A stretch of DNA of 64,000 nucleotides. Source: a virus. A model generated the notes under the pieces. That model was not told the DNA's origin. It made no database searches and worked only from the letters and a program-made list of their open reading frames with translations. The stretch spans positions 1 through 64,000 of the IMG/VR virus record IMGVR_UViG_3300026292_000006; one strand, written 5' to 3'. Shown piece by piece: positions 10,262 to 22,800 of the stretch. Made by a program: the position numbers and the translations under genes. How positions within the stretch are numbered: position 1 is the stretch's first letter; the number at the start of each line of letters is the position of its first letter.

Positions 10262-11797
10262 TTAGAACTCGATTACGATTTTGATGTCTTCGATTTGGTC
10301 TCCTGCACGAGTAATCGCTCCTCGGTTATCTATGTAGATAACTTCGCCAGAGTTGGGGTCAACTTCTGCCTTAGCATAACCGTTGGTAAATGCCATACCC
10401 AAATCATATTCAGCATTGTTAATAACCCTTGTAGAGGATCCAGAAACAATAGGGAAGTTGATATCAGGGTCAGCAGATGCACCTGAGGTTGAACCCACAA
10501 CTGGGTTACCACCTTCAAACTCAATAAGGTTACCAGTGAATTCAGGGAACACACCGTCAATCCTATTTTGATAATACTTAAGCACCTTAGTGGTACTATT
10601 CCATGAAATAACCCGACCTCTAGCAGTCACTTGCTGACCACCAACAGTACGGGATTGAGTTACAATCTCATCAGTTTGGAAATTACCTGTAAACGTAGGA
10701 GGGAAAATAACTGCCTTCGTTGCAGATAACGTAAGCTCAGAAGTTAACTCCTGAGTGCCATACTTATTTGGGTTAATGACTAGACCAATACGACGATAGT
10801 CGTTATCAGTTGGGAAGTCACCACTACCCTCATCGTATGTAAACTTGGTGTTAATCATGACTCGGAAACCACCTAACTCGGTAGCTGGTTCTGCACCATG
10901 ACCTTGGACGGGAGGAATTACAACTTCGACGCTACCACCTGTTCCTGTGCCAGCTCCGATACCGTTAACCTCGTCAATAATAACTTTACCAAATGTATAA
11001 CCACTACCACCAGAGGTAACAGTAGCAGATACAATTCGACCACCATCAACAACAAGTGAAACTCTACCACCTACACCGTCTCCTTTAATGGGGACGTTTT
11101 CGTAAGTACCATTGTTATAACCTGCACCAGATGATGCAATAATAACTGTATCAATTTCTCCACCAACAGCGTCAGCAACAACAGCAGTGTCACTCAACAC
11201 AGGCATGTATTCATTAGAGAAGAATTTTAAGACCTGACCAACAGGGATCGTATACATATACTTCCAACGGTAACCATCAGCAGTTGTGATAATTGAAGTG
11301 GAGGTACCAGTAGGCTCAACAGTAGAAGGTTTACCATTAGGATCGCTAGGACTTGTCCCGTTGTAGATGCACTTATAAACTTGATAAGACGAGTTGACCA
11401 CGTAGAAGTCAGCGTCGTAGAGTTTAGTCGCACCCGATGATGCAGTTTTAGTCGAGGAGTAATCATGGCGATACATATCATAAACATAACCTAGTCCACC
11501 AGTGGTTTGCTCTGGGGGAATCCAGTCAGTACGACGAATAACTTGAATGGTGTCATTTGCTAACACTCTCTTCAAGGATATCATATCCGAATAGTCATCG
11601 GAAAATTCTTGGAATGAATCTACTGGGTCTGGAGGGGCATTTTCGTTGTCCCAAGGTTGGGGACGACCGATAAAGACGTAAAGACGATCCCGACTAGCAC
11701 CTGCCAATAGGTCAGATTGAGTCGCATCAGGACCTTCAAGAGCCTTCCTAAACCTCTCGGCAGTAAATATTCTAAATTGGTCGGTAAGTAATGCCAT
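10262..11797 (-). CDS. gp8: Baseplate wedge subunit gp8
   Basis: 511 aa; LYVFIGRPQPW, YDMYRHDYS, YQVYKCIYNG, DGYRWKYMYTI and IEDIKIVIEF end are characteristic of cyanophage gp8. Confidence 0.9.
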   Translation of the reverse strand: MALLTDQFRIFTAERFRKALEGPDATQSDLLAGASRDRLYVFIGRPQPWDNENAPPDPVDSFQEFSDDYSDMISLKRVLANDTIQVIRRTDWIPPEQTTGGLGYVYDMYRHDYSSTKTASSGATKLYDADFYVVNSSYQVYKCIYNGTSPSDPNGKPSTVEPTGTSTSIITTADGYRWKYMYTIPVGQVLKFFSNEYMPVLSDTAVVADAVGGEIDTVIIASSGAGYNNGTYENVPIKGDGVGGRVSLVVDGGRIVSATVTSGGSGYTFGKVIIDEVNGIGAGTGTGGSVEVVIPPVQGHGAEPATELGGFRVMINTKFTYDEGSGDFPTDNDYRRIGLVINPNKYGTQELTSELTLSATKAVIFPPTFTGNFQTDEIVTQSRTVGGQQVTARGRVISWNSTTKVLKYYQNRIDGVFPEFTGNLIEFEGGNPVVGSTSGASADPDINFPIVSGSSTRVINNAEYDLGMAFTNGYAKAEVDPNSGEVIYIDNRGAITRAGDQIEDIKIVIEF

Positions 11798-11819
11798 TAC
11801 TATACAATTGCCTTCTTTT

Positions 11820-11826
11820 TATTTAT
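11820..11826 (-). promoter_or_regulatory. T4-type late promoter (ATAAATA)
   Basis: ATAAATA ~23 nt upstream of the gp8 ATG. Confidence 0.65.
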
Positions 11827-11831
11827 GGTAG

Positions 11832-13682
11832 TTAATCATCCTCATTTCTGAGGTACGTATTATATTCGATATAATCGATAGTTGCCTGAGCACCAGTCGA
11901 ATTTCCTCTTAATACTTCTCCCTTCTGGAACTTATAATTAGCACCGTTGGAAGTCAGTGATTCCATTGTTAAAACGATTTCAGTGCTACTACCACCCTGA
12001 GCTAATGTTAACCCAGTGGCAGTTACACCTGTTGTCAGACCTTGGAGTTGCTCTGTAGCATTAAATGCAGCAGAGGAAGTTTGATAGGTTGCTTGAATAG
12101 TTGCAGTAGATGTGTGGGTATCTCCGTCACCCAACGCACCAGCACCTTGTATGGTTGCAACTAAAGAATTCTGACTACCGTCATAGATTTGATCACCAAT
12201 TTGGAATAGAGTAGTATTCGTGCCACCAAGGGTCTCTTCAATACCATATAGGGATGATGCTATCCCTCCATCCAAACTAATTTGGTTTTCAAACTCTGTG
12301 CCAGTATTTATCAGGTCTGCTATACCATCTCCAACACCGTCTAATTCATCGTCATCTTCAAACTTTCTATTAAGAATCTGACTAAGTGGTACTGTAAAAG
12401 CAACAATATTGTCACCTTCAGATTCTACTAATGTATGAGGAGCAACACCAGTATCACTAGCACCAGCAGTACCTGCTACGAATGCAATGATTTTTGCTTT
12501 CTCATTTGACCTACCACCATCGATGAATGCTAATTCATCAACTTGGAATGTAAGATAAAGTGCTCTCTCACTTGGATCCCAGTCGTATACAATAGCGACT
12601 CGGTTTGATTCACTCTCTATAACTCTTCTAACTTTGTCAGTTACTTGGAAATCATATTGAGTTAAACCTGTATTTGGGTCATCCTGTAAGTTGTCTAGGA
12701 TGACTTTTTGGTCAAATCTAAAATTGATACCTCTGTCACAACCAGTAAAGGAGGTTGCAGTTTTACCAGTGTATCTAATAACTTCTCTACCTATCAGTAC
12801 CTTACCTGAACCTGGATAAGGATTGGTAGTTTCAACATGTATAGTTGATTGTCCTGATGTAGCATCCTCTAATAGACCTGTTAAACTATAATAGACAGAG
12901 TTAAGAGATTGTCTATTTCTAGCAGCTCTAATAAGGTTAGTATCTCTAGTAAAGATAACCTCTGGGTTAGCAGTATATCCACCACCACCTGATAAGAGGT
13001 CAATATTTGTAATAACACCTAGGTTAATAAATGCTTCGGCCGTTGCACCACTACCACCGCCTTTAATTATCTGAATAAGGGGAGGTGTCTCGAAGAATTC
13101 ACCTTCATTAGTTAGAGTAATAGAGGTAACTTTACCAAATCTATTAACACTAGCAACACCAGTAGCACCGTCTCCACCACCACCTGAGATGATGATATTT
13201 ACGTCTTCCTCAGTGTAATTTCTACCTTCTTCCTCAATGGCAATACCAGTTACCAGTCCAGTAACTGCCACAAGCTCACTACCAGACCCACCACCACCTT
13301 CAATACGAGCATCAGCATCAAAATACTGGTCGCCAGGAGTAGTAATCTGGACAAAATCTAATGCACCAGTCCCGTCATCTTTAAGATATACGTTGCCAGC
13401 AGCAGTTTTAGAGGAACCATCATCATCAATAACAAGACGTAACGGGTCATACCCTTCTCCTGGATCTAATACTTCTACAGCAACAATCTCTCCATTATTT
13501 GCAATGACTGCTCTTAGAACAGCATCACGAATTGGAGTACCACAGTTCTCCACACGAAGTCTAGGTGGGTCATTCTTATCATAACCTTCACCACCTGAAT
13601 TGACATATACATCTCTAACCCCAAAGATACTATTGAATATCGGGGTTATAGTTGCACCGCTACCTGGAACTGTTCTTGGCAT
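11832..13682 (-). CDS. Baseplate-associated structural protein with Gly-rich G.GY/GGGGSGA repeats
   Basis: 616 aa; shares the repeat type seen in gp7; located in the baseplate cluster. Confidence 0.75.
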   Translation of the reverse strand: MPRTVPGSGATITPIFNSIFGVRDVYVNSGGEGYDKNDPPRLRVENCGTPIRDAVLRAVIANNGEIVAVEVLDPGEGYDPLRLVIDDDGSSKTAAGNVYLKDDGTGALDFVQITTPGDQYFDADARIEGGGGSGSELVAVTGLVTGIAIEEEGRNYTEEDVNIIISGGGGDGATGVASVNRFGKVTSITLTNEGEFFETPPLIQIIKGGGSGATAEAFINLGVITNIDLLSGGGGYTANPEVIFTRDTNLIRAARNRQSLNSVYYSLTGLLEDATSGQSTIHVETTNPYPGSGKVLIGREVIRYTGKTATSFTGCDRGINFRFDQKVILDNLQDDPNTGLTQYDFQVTDKVRRVIESESNRVAIVYDWDPSERALYLTFQVDELAFIDGGRSNEKAKIIAFVAGTAGASDTGVAPHTLVESEGDNIVAFTVPLSQILNRKFEDDDELDGVGDGIADLINTGTEFENQISLDGGIASSLYGIEETLGGTNTTLFQIGDQIYDGSQNSLVATIQGAGALGDGDTHTSTATIQATYQTSSAAFNATEQLQGLTTGVTATGLTLAQGGSSTEIVLTMESLTSNGANYKFQKGEVLRGNSTGAQATIDYIEYNTYLRNEDD

Positions 13683-13683
13683 A

Positions 13684-15174
13684 TTACACCACCACTAAGT
13701 TGCCTACCATGCCAGCATGGATTGTACATTGATAAACGTAAGTAGTACCAGCAGCCAGTGTTTGTGGGACTGTCCAGTACTGCACACCTGTTTGTGATCC
13801 AGTAATACCATCAGTAACAGCAGTACCACCATTGCTTTGTCTTATAGCAAATGGGTGACCTGCACCTGTCTGGTTATAGAATCTGTATGTGAAACCTCTA
13901 TACACATATATTGTTGGGTTACCTGTTGATGAATTAACTCCACCACCAGTAAATGTATATCCACCACCTGAACTACCAGAGATTGAGAATCCAATAGTAG
14001 GACCTTGAGTTACAACCCAGTTACCATTTTGCTCATCATATATGAGGTTATCATTCTCACTAGCAGAAGCTGGTAGAGGATTAACAACACTGAGAGTTAC
14101 AGTGTTTGATGTAACAGCAGTTGATATATGATTTGTTGCACCTACAACGTTAAGAGTTGAGGTTGCTAGAGCAGCAGTTGTTGTGCCAGTATCGCCAGCA
14201 ACTGTCCTGTATGCTTCTTGTACTACATTGGGGGAGTCATTAGTAATCGTAAGGTCACTTCCTGAAATAGCAGTACTAATACCAGACCCACCAAGAACAT
14301 TAATAGTAGTAGTTGCACTATCTGCGGTTTTGTTTCCTGAGTCACTTCCTATTACTCCGTAGGCATTTTGGTTTGTATCACCAAGTGCCCCTGTCATAGT
14401 TATGGTGAGGGTGTCTCCGACGATTGCAGTCGAGATATTAGTGCCTCCCGAAACTGTAAGGATATCAGTAGCAGCACTAGCAGTAGTACTGCCAGTGTCA
14501 GCAATGAATCCTTCAAAGAGGTTTTGAGTCGTGCCACCGCCTCCACCAGATGCAGTTTCATCATTTGCAGCATACCAATGTGAATTACTTGAAGACCATT
14601 TCAATACTTGTCCGTCGGAAGGTCCTCCACCGACAGTCATATCTACATCACTTAGGTGACCTATACTACTATTCTCACTAATTAAAGGTACCCAAGCACC
14701 ACCGTGTGCAAAGTATCCCTTTCCTTCAGTATGAGCATGGGCAAACATACCATGATGATTAGCTGCATCTGGTAAAGAAGCAACATCATCGAAATGATTA
14801 GACCACTTTAACTTACCGTCAGCACCATCGATGTATGTTAGAGCAGATCCTGTGCTACCAGCCCAGAATTTAATATGACCGCTACCATTTGGTTGAATAG
14901 TTATATCACCATTTGATGTTGATACAATATTATGTCCATTGACACTTAAATTTTCAGTAAGTGCATTAAGACCCCCTTCAGCAAATGCTGTGCCATTCCA
15001 TTTTAGGAATTGACCAGTCGAGGGAGAGCCGACATTGATTTGTAAGTTGGTGTCGTTGCCGAGAGCAGTGTATAGCTCGTCAATGATGCTATTAAGCTTA
15101 ATAGCACCATCTCTGAGACTGTCACCAGTCCCATCGTTTGCCGACGACCCAATATTTAGATTCTGCTTAGGCAT
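13684..15174 (-). CDS. Virion protein with gp9/gp10-like N-terminus, three internal ~50-aa repeats and C-terminal cupredoxin-like domain
   Basis: N-term NIGSSANDGTGDSLRDGAIKLN; repeats QN.(F/Y)....DTG.TTA.....L.V.GG..ISTA; C-term GHPF...YQCTIHAGMVG. Confidence 0.75.
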   Translation of the reverse strand: MPKQNLNIGSSANDGTGDSLRDGAIKLNSIIDELYTALGNDTNLQINVGSPSTGQFLKWNGTAFAEGGLNALTENLSVNGHNIVSTSNGDITIQPNGSGHIKFWAGSTGSALTYIDGADGKLKWSNHFDDVASLPDAANHHGMFAHAHTEGKGYFAHGGAWVPLISENSSIGHLSDVDMTVGGGPSDGQVLKWSSSNSHWYAANDETASGGGGGTTQNLFEGFIADTGSTTASAATDILTVSGGTNISTAIVGDTLTITMTGALGDTNQNAYGVIGSDSGNKTADSATTTINVLGGSGISTAISGSDLTITNDSPNVVQEAYRTVAGDTGTTTAALATSTLNVVGATNHISTAVTSNTVTLSVVNPLPASASENDNLIYDEQNGNWVVTQGPTIGFSISGSSGGGYTFTGGGVNSSTGNPTIYVYRGFTYRFYNQTGAGHPFAIRQSNGGTAVTDGITGSQTGVQYWTVPQTLAAGTTYVYQCTIHAGMVGNLVVV

Positions 15175-15196
15175 GATAGGTAGTTTTCTACAGTTT

Positions 15197-15203
15197 TATT
15201 TAG
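15197..15203 (-). promoter_or_regulatory. Late promoter variant (CTAAATA)
   Basis: CTAAATA overlapping the stop of the upstream gene, ~23 nt before the next ATG. Confidence 0.5.
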
Positions 15204-16798
15204 GTGCCATCAAAGGTTTGCTGCGTGGAATCCATAGTAGACTGAGTGCTATCAAATCTGTTAGCAAGTGATCCACCATCTCCACTACCAGTAACAGTTA
15301 GAATGGCATTTTGTGAGTCCAAAGGTGAGTTTTGTGCTGCGGTACCTCCAACAGGACCTGTTATACGACAACGATACCTGTATCCAGTCATGTATGCTAG
15401 GGCAGTGACCGCATAAGTGTTAGTCGTTGCACCTGTAACAGCAGCAAATGCATATCCTCCATCAGTAGACCTATACCATTGATAAGTCATAGGACCATTC
15501 TCAGGTAATATCTGAGAATTGATGGTAAATGTAGCAGTTTGATTGGCATTTACTGTTACATTCTGAGGTTGTAGAGTAATTTGAAGGGTAGAAGGAGCAG
15601 CTCCACCACCATCTCCACCATCTCCACTATCTTGCACAGGATTTGACCCGTTATTTGTGGGTGTATTGATGGTTTCTCTAGTCTCAAGTCCCATAATGAA
15701 TGGAAATTTGACCACACTAACGTCAGTTTGGTCTACAGTAAGGAAATATGCGTAAGTTCCGTTAGGATATTCGGGTGTTACACAAAATCTACCATTATGT
15801 CTGTCTAAATCTCCAGTTCCTTCGACATATTCCCAGTCCTGCATGAGTGATCCAGCAGGTGGATTGTCAGAATCATTACCATAATCGGGTCTTCCAGGTG
15901 CTTCAGTTGATTTTACTGAATAACCAGTCCTCATAACTCTTGTGCCACTCAAACTATCCCAAGAATGGTCATATGCATAGGGTCCATAGATGGGAAATCC
16001 ATCAAATGCTATCCCTACTATCTTAGAATGACCGTCTGGGTGACGAATATTGTTACCATTAAACTGAGTTGACCCATAATAATCGTTATATGCTGCCATA
16101 CTAGAGTTAGATTTCCAGCATGATAAGAAATCTGAGTCATGATAATGATACATTCCTTGCTCTTGTGTCTTACCACCGCAAGTATCTTCACCAAAATTGA
16201 TAAAACTCTGAGCAGATATACCAGCAGATACCCAATTGAATCCAGCTGGAGGGTTACCGTTAGGACCAGCAGATGGATTGAATATAGGTACACCATTACC
16301 AGATATACCAATAGCACCTAATGGTGTAGCATCACGACCATTTCTCTGATCATGATATGTGTATGTACCATTAGCACCAGTGTTGGTGTCTGCCATTATA
16401 ATATCAATTCTACTATCAGTTGCTAACCAAAATTCTCCGTCAATAGAAGTAAATGTAGTCCCTCTAAAAATATACTTTCTTTTTATATCTCCAAAATTAA
16501 AACAAACTTCATCACCAGGTTGGATGTTAGGTTGCACACCAGTGAAATTGTTAAGATCTGTGACACTGATATTAATGCTTCTAATAAACCCATCTTGAGT
16601 CCAAGTGTTGTCATCGAAGACCCTAGAGGTACCAAATGTACCACCACGATATAAGAAGCTATGATCCCAATCATGTGTAACAATGGTATTTGCATTATTA
16701 TCATTAGGGAACGTACCGCTATTCACGGGAGACGGAAGACAATCCGAGCTCACCGAGAGTTGTTGGGTACCTTGATTAATTGTTGCGGTAGCAGCCAT
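15200..16798 (-). CDS. YHYH-domain protein with C-terminal Ig-like domain
   Basis: 532 aa; GMYHYH, HSKIVGIAFDGFPIYGPY, DLDRHNGRFCVTPEYPNGTYAYF; Ig-like QPQNVTV...YQWY...YRCRI. Confidence 0.8.
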   Translation of the reverse strand: MAATATINQGTQQLSVSSDCLPSPVNSGTFPNDNNANTIVTHDWDHSFLYRGGTFGTSRVFDDNTWTQDGFIRSINISVTDLNNFTGVQPNIQPGDEVCFNFGDIKRKYIFRGTTFTSIDGEFWLATDSRIDIIMADTNTGANGTYTYHDQRNGRDATPLGAIGISGNGVPIFNPSAGPNGNPPAGFNWVSAGISAQSFINFGEDTCGGKTQEQGMYHYHDSDFLSCWKSNSSMAAYNDYYGSTQFNGNNIRHPDGHSKIVGIAFDGFPIYGPYAYDHSWDSLSGTRVMRTGYSVKSTEAPGRPDYGNDSDNPPAGSLMQDWEYVEGTGDLDRHNGRFCVTPEYPNGTYAYFLTVDQTDVSVVKFPFIMGLETRETINTPTNNGSNPVQDSGDGGDGGGAAPSTLQITLQPQNVTVNANQTATFTINSQILPENGPMTYQWYRSTDGGYAFAAVTGATTNTYAVTALAYMTGYRYRCRITGPVGGTAAQNSPLDSQNAILTVTGSGDGGSLANRFDSTQSTMDSTQQTFDGT

Positions 16799-16803
16799 AG
16801 TCT

Positions 16804-16810
16804 TATTTAG
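16804..16810 (-). promoter_or_regulatory. Late promoter variant (CTAAATA)
   Basis: CTAAATA at the gp7 stop, immediately upstream of the YHYH gene. Confidence 0.4.
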
Positions 16811-19800
16811 ATGTCATCAAAGATTTGTGTTGGACTGAAGTTGGAGATTACAGTTGCACCAGTCTGGACTGTTAGGACAGCAGATAGTGAGTAAACTGGG
16901 GTTGCACCAGATGCTGTGATAGCGACTCTGTATTCATCACCATCATCATTTTGTGCGGTATTACCTGTGTTATAAGTTGCTTGGTTAGCACCAATAATGT
17001 TGCTCCATGTTTGTGTGCCATACTCTTTCTTCTGCCACTGATAATTCATTGTCTCATCGTTAGTTACAGTAGAAACAACTGTGAATCCAGCAGTCTGACC
17101 TTGGTTAACAGTTACGTTAACTGGGTCTGTAGCGATTGCGATTGTGCCAGGAGTAACTCCACCACCCTCTTGTCCTTCTGGACCTTCGCCAGCGAGAACG
17201 TCAAATCCACCGTTGATAGGACTACCAATAGGAGGTGTCCAATCGTCTGGGACTTCGTTATCAATTGCAACAACAGGAGACTGGTAACCAGTACCAGCAG
17301 TCTTAACATCAACACGAGATACACCCATAAGTGCCTTCAAGCGAGCATCAAATCCAGAGGAGGAGATAACGTCAACGTTAGGACGTGAGGTGTAACCATC
17401 ACCAGGATTGGTTAGTACTGCGTTAGTAAGTTGACCAGATGTTATGTTAGCAAGAGCAGCAGCATTTCTACCCTTAACAGATCCAGTGTATTCAAATGTG
17501 ATTAAGGAGTTAGAAGACTCAATTAGAGCAACTTCTCTGGAGAATTCTTCACCCTCTATATCGAGGTTATCACCAGCTTCGATTGGTGGGACAACAGTTG
17601 CTGCGATAACGTCTGCGTCACTACCAATGTATGAGAAACCAACGAATGTTGCACCGAATCTTGGGACTTCAGCGAAGATGATACGTGAACCAACAATCTC
17701 GTATGCGATACCTGGTTCCTGAATAATACCGTTGAGTGAAACGATAATATTATTCTCAGGACGGATGACGTTAGAGGAAACACCCTCAGTCAATGTCAAG
17801 GAGTAGAATAGACCTTGACGCTTGAGGTTGAAGGAAGATCTCAATGAGTCAAACTCGAAGGAGATGTCATCTAACTGACGTAGTTTACCAACATAGTAAC
17901 CGATGTATTGTGAACCAATTACAGGTGGCTCAGTAAACTGAATCTTATCAGAGAATGCAACGTATGCATTAGTTGCACCTGGAGGTTGTAGAATACCATT
18001 AACAAATGCGAGTAAGTGACCAGCAGGGTCTGGGAAGTATGCTTCACCATTAGCAACAGTAAGGTCAAATGTAGTTTGGACTCCATCGAATCCTCTGAAG
18101 TACCTATTAACACGACCTTCAAGTGTGCGAGCAGATGAAACGGCACCACCCCATCCATCATCAGAGATGATACTCATATTATCTACGAATTCACCAACTG
18201 CATCTTCTACCCAAATAGTAGCAGTAATACCTTGTTGCTCGATAGCAACAACCTTAGCGTAAGATGAGAAATCAGTAGTTGTGTAACTAGAAACACCAGC
18301 ATAGATTGATGGGAAGTTAGACCCAACAACCAACTTACCAATGTTATTATTGGGGTCAGTTATCTCAGAGATAGGAGCACCAATTCCAACTGGAACTAGA
18401 TTACCAATCCAAAGTTTGTGAATACCATTATCAGGGTCATTAGTATACTTGGTTACAGTTGCATGGAATCCTGGATTCTTCTCTGTTGTACCTTGTAGGA
18501 GGATAACCTCATCACCAACGTTGAATGTGTCATTAACACCAGTATCAATAATAGCAGTGCCAAGGTTTAATTCGTAAACTGCACGACCGTGGACAAACTG
18601 GTTAAGTTGAATCTGTGTTCCACTGATACCCTTAACATCTAAGATGTAAGAAGTAACACTACCGTAAATAACGTCTCCAGGAACCCATGGATCCTTAATT
18701 GTTTCAACGTCAATTGTGATACGACCACCAGTGTTACCAGTTAGACTACCAGACTTATTAGCAAATTCAGAGATATAACCCTCAACAGAAGAATCTCTAT
18801 CGAAGAACCAGTCACCCTGATTAAAGCTTCCCATCTTAAGATTTGTGAAGAAGCGATCTGATGAACTGTCAACAGTAGCAGTAGTGCCACTTGTAGTACC
18901 TTCAAGGACATCATTCTGGTTAATTGCTCCTGAGATTGTATGAATCTTCAAGAAGGATGTGCCTGTCTCACTAACTGCACCTGCTTGTAATACAAATCCT
19001 TTATTGGTTACTGCACCCTGAACCACAACCTCTTCACCGTTAGTGAATGTCTGATAAACAGAGTTATTTTGTGACTGATTAGAAGTTACAAAGTGAGTAA
19101 AGATTTGTCTGATGTTTGCTGCATTCATTGTGATAGCAGATATCTCAGCAGAAGCATCAGATGTGCCTCCGAAGATAACATCAGCAGGGTTGAATCCACC
19201 TTGAATTGGAGTTACAGATGGGTCTGATGGATATGTAGGAGCAGTTCTATTAATACCACTACGTCTTTCAACAGCAAATATTTGAGCACCTGAGTTAGAA
19301 GTATCTAACTGGAAGGTTCTGAAACGTCCATCATGAATTGGTGATACACCAATCTCAAACCACTCAGCAGTAGCAGTCAAGCAATAGAAGTATGGTTGAG
19401 TTGCTAATCCTTGTAAGGATGTCTGAGATGCAGGGATGTAACTTAGTATGTCACCACGTCTAAAGTTGTTAGCACGATTGATACGGACTCTATATTCTGC
19501 TCTTTCAAATCCAACTTCAACTTCTGGAGTTAGTAGGACAAGTGCAGGGTCTGTATTCCAATCCTTACCTACTTCATACTTGTTGCTTAGGTTAACAACG
19601 TCAGTAGATGAGATGAATTGGATTCTTGCTTCAGTAGCAAATGTAGATCTTTCAAGAGCAAATTCAATTGGGTTGAGTGAAGAGTCAACCATAAATTCAA
19701 CAGCTTCCTGATTCCACTCGAATCTATCGGTTGGAATGTATACATCATAGTTTGCCCATACAGCATCAGATGTATGGAGATACATTACAGACTTGATATA

Positions 19801-22800
19801 CTCACGAATGCGAGTTAAGCAATACAAGATGTGAGATCTAGTTGTTGTTGGGAATGCAATAAATGTGCCTTCTCCATCAAACCATCCTTGAGATAGTTTA
19901 AATGCACCAGCATTACCACCAGTTACCAAGTCATATCTAACTGCCTTAAGGACATCGAGTGCGAAGTCAATAGTTAAGTTAGTAGTTGGATACTGTTGTT
20001 GTGTCTCAGTGAATGCTCTCTGTGATATAGATTGAGTGTTAAAGAGTAAGACATTAGCAACACGCTTCTGGTTAACCATTCCAGCACCAAGAGTATGAGT
20101 CATGATGTCGAATAAAGTCTCAGTTGCAGATGTGCAATCGTAACAAGTACCTGCTTGATATACTGTATTTCCGTTGTATGGGAATGTCTTAGTTACACTA
20201 GCAGTTAAGTAGTTAACATTATTCTCTGCTGCCTCTCTAATAGTATTGATAAAGATATCAGTTAGGGTGCTAAGAGCAGATGCAGATTCTGGGCAAGTTT
20301 GATTCCAGTTACCAACTTGTCCTGATCCACCATTATTAGCATCCCAAGTAACAGACAAGTCTCTAACAACAACATCAGGTGTATACTTGATAGGCCAACA
20401 GATTGGCATCTGATATGCACGTCCATTAACTATACCAGGATTCTGAATACCATCAGTAACAAACTGAATTAGAGAAGTAATTTCACTTTCAACATTAGAT
20501 GATTCTGTACCTGTATAGTTGTAATCAACAAGTCTTCCTCTCCAGTATTCTAGTTTTGTGCTAACTGGGTAAGCCCATGAGTTAACAGCAGTAATAGGTA
20601 AGACTCTATCATCTGCATAGTCAGTTGCACGTGGATAATAATGATTAGTTGCATTCTGGTCACTTGTGCAAGTGAATACAATTGACCTAGGAGCAAGAGT
20701 AATATTGTCATTCTGAGTCAATGTATGACCAACAACAGTAAGTGTTAGGTCACCTGTTACAGGATTATAGTAACCATCTGTAGGTGTTAGTTGTACTCCA
20801 CTATCAACAACAGTGATAGCATTTGAAGCACCAGATACCCATGTGTGTCTGTAGTCACCACCCTTGATAACAGCACCGTTGATAGCAGATACAAATGTAT
20901 GTGCATAACGGTTACCAACTCCACCAATACCAACGTTAATTGTAATAGTACCAGTCTGTTTCTTAACTCCACCAGTCTTAGCAGCCACGAAGGTATGGTC
21001 AGACTTATCAGGAGATTTACCCATGAATAAGTCGAATGTAGTTGCAGTGCAATTGCTGACTGCTAACCATTCATCGCTACCAGGATCAGTTGCTCTTGGA
21101 TATGCATGGATAGACTCATTGTCATCTCTATCACATGTCATATGAATTGCACCATCTTCCAACCAGACATAAGTATTTGCTTTCTCAATACCATTTGAAG
21201 TAGCAGATACAAACTTATGGTCGTAGTTACCACCACCAATCAATACTCCAGGTATTGCACTGACAAATGTATGTGCATACTGATTATTTGCAGCAGCAAC
21301 ACCAACGTCTAATGTAATCCAACCATTCTGTCTGTGGACACATCCTGCAACAGCAGAATCAAATGTATGAGTAAAGTCACCACCAACCTTAACAGCACCA
21401 GAGGTTGCAGATACAAATCTATGCTCTCCGAGGTAAGTAGCAGCACCAACATCGATAGTAATTTCAGAATCCTTCCAATGAATACCATCAGTAACAGCAC
21501 TTACAAAGGTGTGTGTATATTGACCACCACCTGATACAGCACCAACTGATGTACCACCAGCCCAGTTGTGGACTGAAGTATTAGAAGACTTACCAATGTT
21601 AATGGTAATAGTATGACCAGTTACAGAATGAATAGGAAGTGCAGTGTCATAATATGGATCCTTCTTATGAGTAATTCCGTTAGCAGATGCAGTTTGGAAT
21701 GTGTGAGCAGTTACGTTAGTTGAAGGAATAGTATCCAATACAACTACGTCAAATGTATTAGTAGTTACGTCACGAATCTGAATCCACTTACCGCTAATTG
21801 GGTCACTGCTACGTGGATAAGTATGGTCACTACCATTACTATCCTGCATACATCTGAATGTCAGTGAATTATCAGCAATCTTAATCCAATCATTTTCATT
21901 GTATCCATGACTTGCAACAGTCAGTCTCAAACGACCTGTATTTGGATTGTAATCAGCAGCAGTAACTGTAGACTGAGTAACTCCAGCAGCACGAGGATAT
22001 GTATGAGTAGTAGAGAAGTTGTCCTGAGCACACTTGAATGATAATCCATCATCAACAAGTTTGACGGAAGATGTTGCTCTATGAAGACCATTAGCAACTG
22101 CACTTGAGAATACATGAGTATGCTGACCACCACTGATTACACAGTTTTGTGCAGATGCAGTGAGGACAAAGTTATGTGCAGTAGTATCTGTAATAGCACC
22201 CTGTCCACCGTTAACGTTGAGTGTTATGGTTGTGCCAGTTACAGCAGTGATTGTTATTGCAGTGTCATAAACATAGTCACTACCACCAGTACCAGTTGCA
22301 GCTGATCCAGCAGCACGAGGATATGTCTTCTGAGTTGTGTTACCGTCACCATTGTAATCACAAGTGAATACTAAGGAATCTGCGACGAGTTTAACACTCT
22401 CATTAACCTGTAGATGATGGTCACCGATTGTCAAGACCAAATCACCACTTGTAGGACTGTAAGTAGCGTTAGTTACACTGAATGTTTCTTGAGGAGTGTT
22501 ACCAACATATACATCAAATGTATTGGTTGTTATATTCTCAACATCTACCCAAAGGTCTGCTAGTGGGTCACTAGGACGTGGGTATGTTTTGTTAGAAATA
22601 TTACCATCCATTCCACAGTTGAAGCTGATGCTATCAGGTGTGAAATGTACTCTGTCACCAATTACAAAACCGTGGTCTGGGACTGTAACAGTCATCATAC
22701 CAGTTACAGCATCATAAGTTGCACCTGTAATAGTATGTGCAGAAGCAGACCTGAATGGATGAGGACCTATATCCAGAGTCATTAGACCAGTGGTAGGCTC

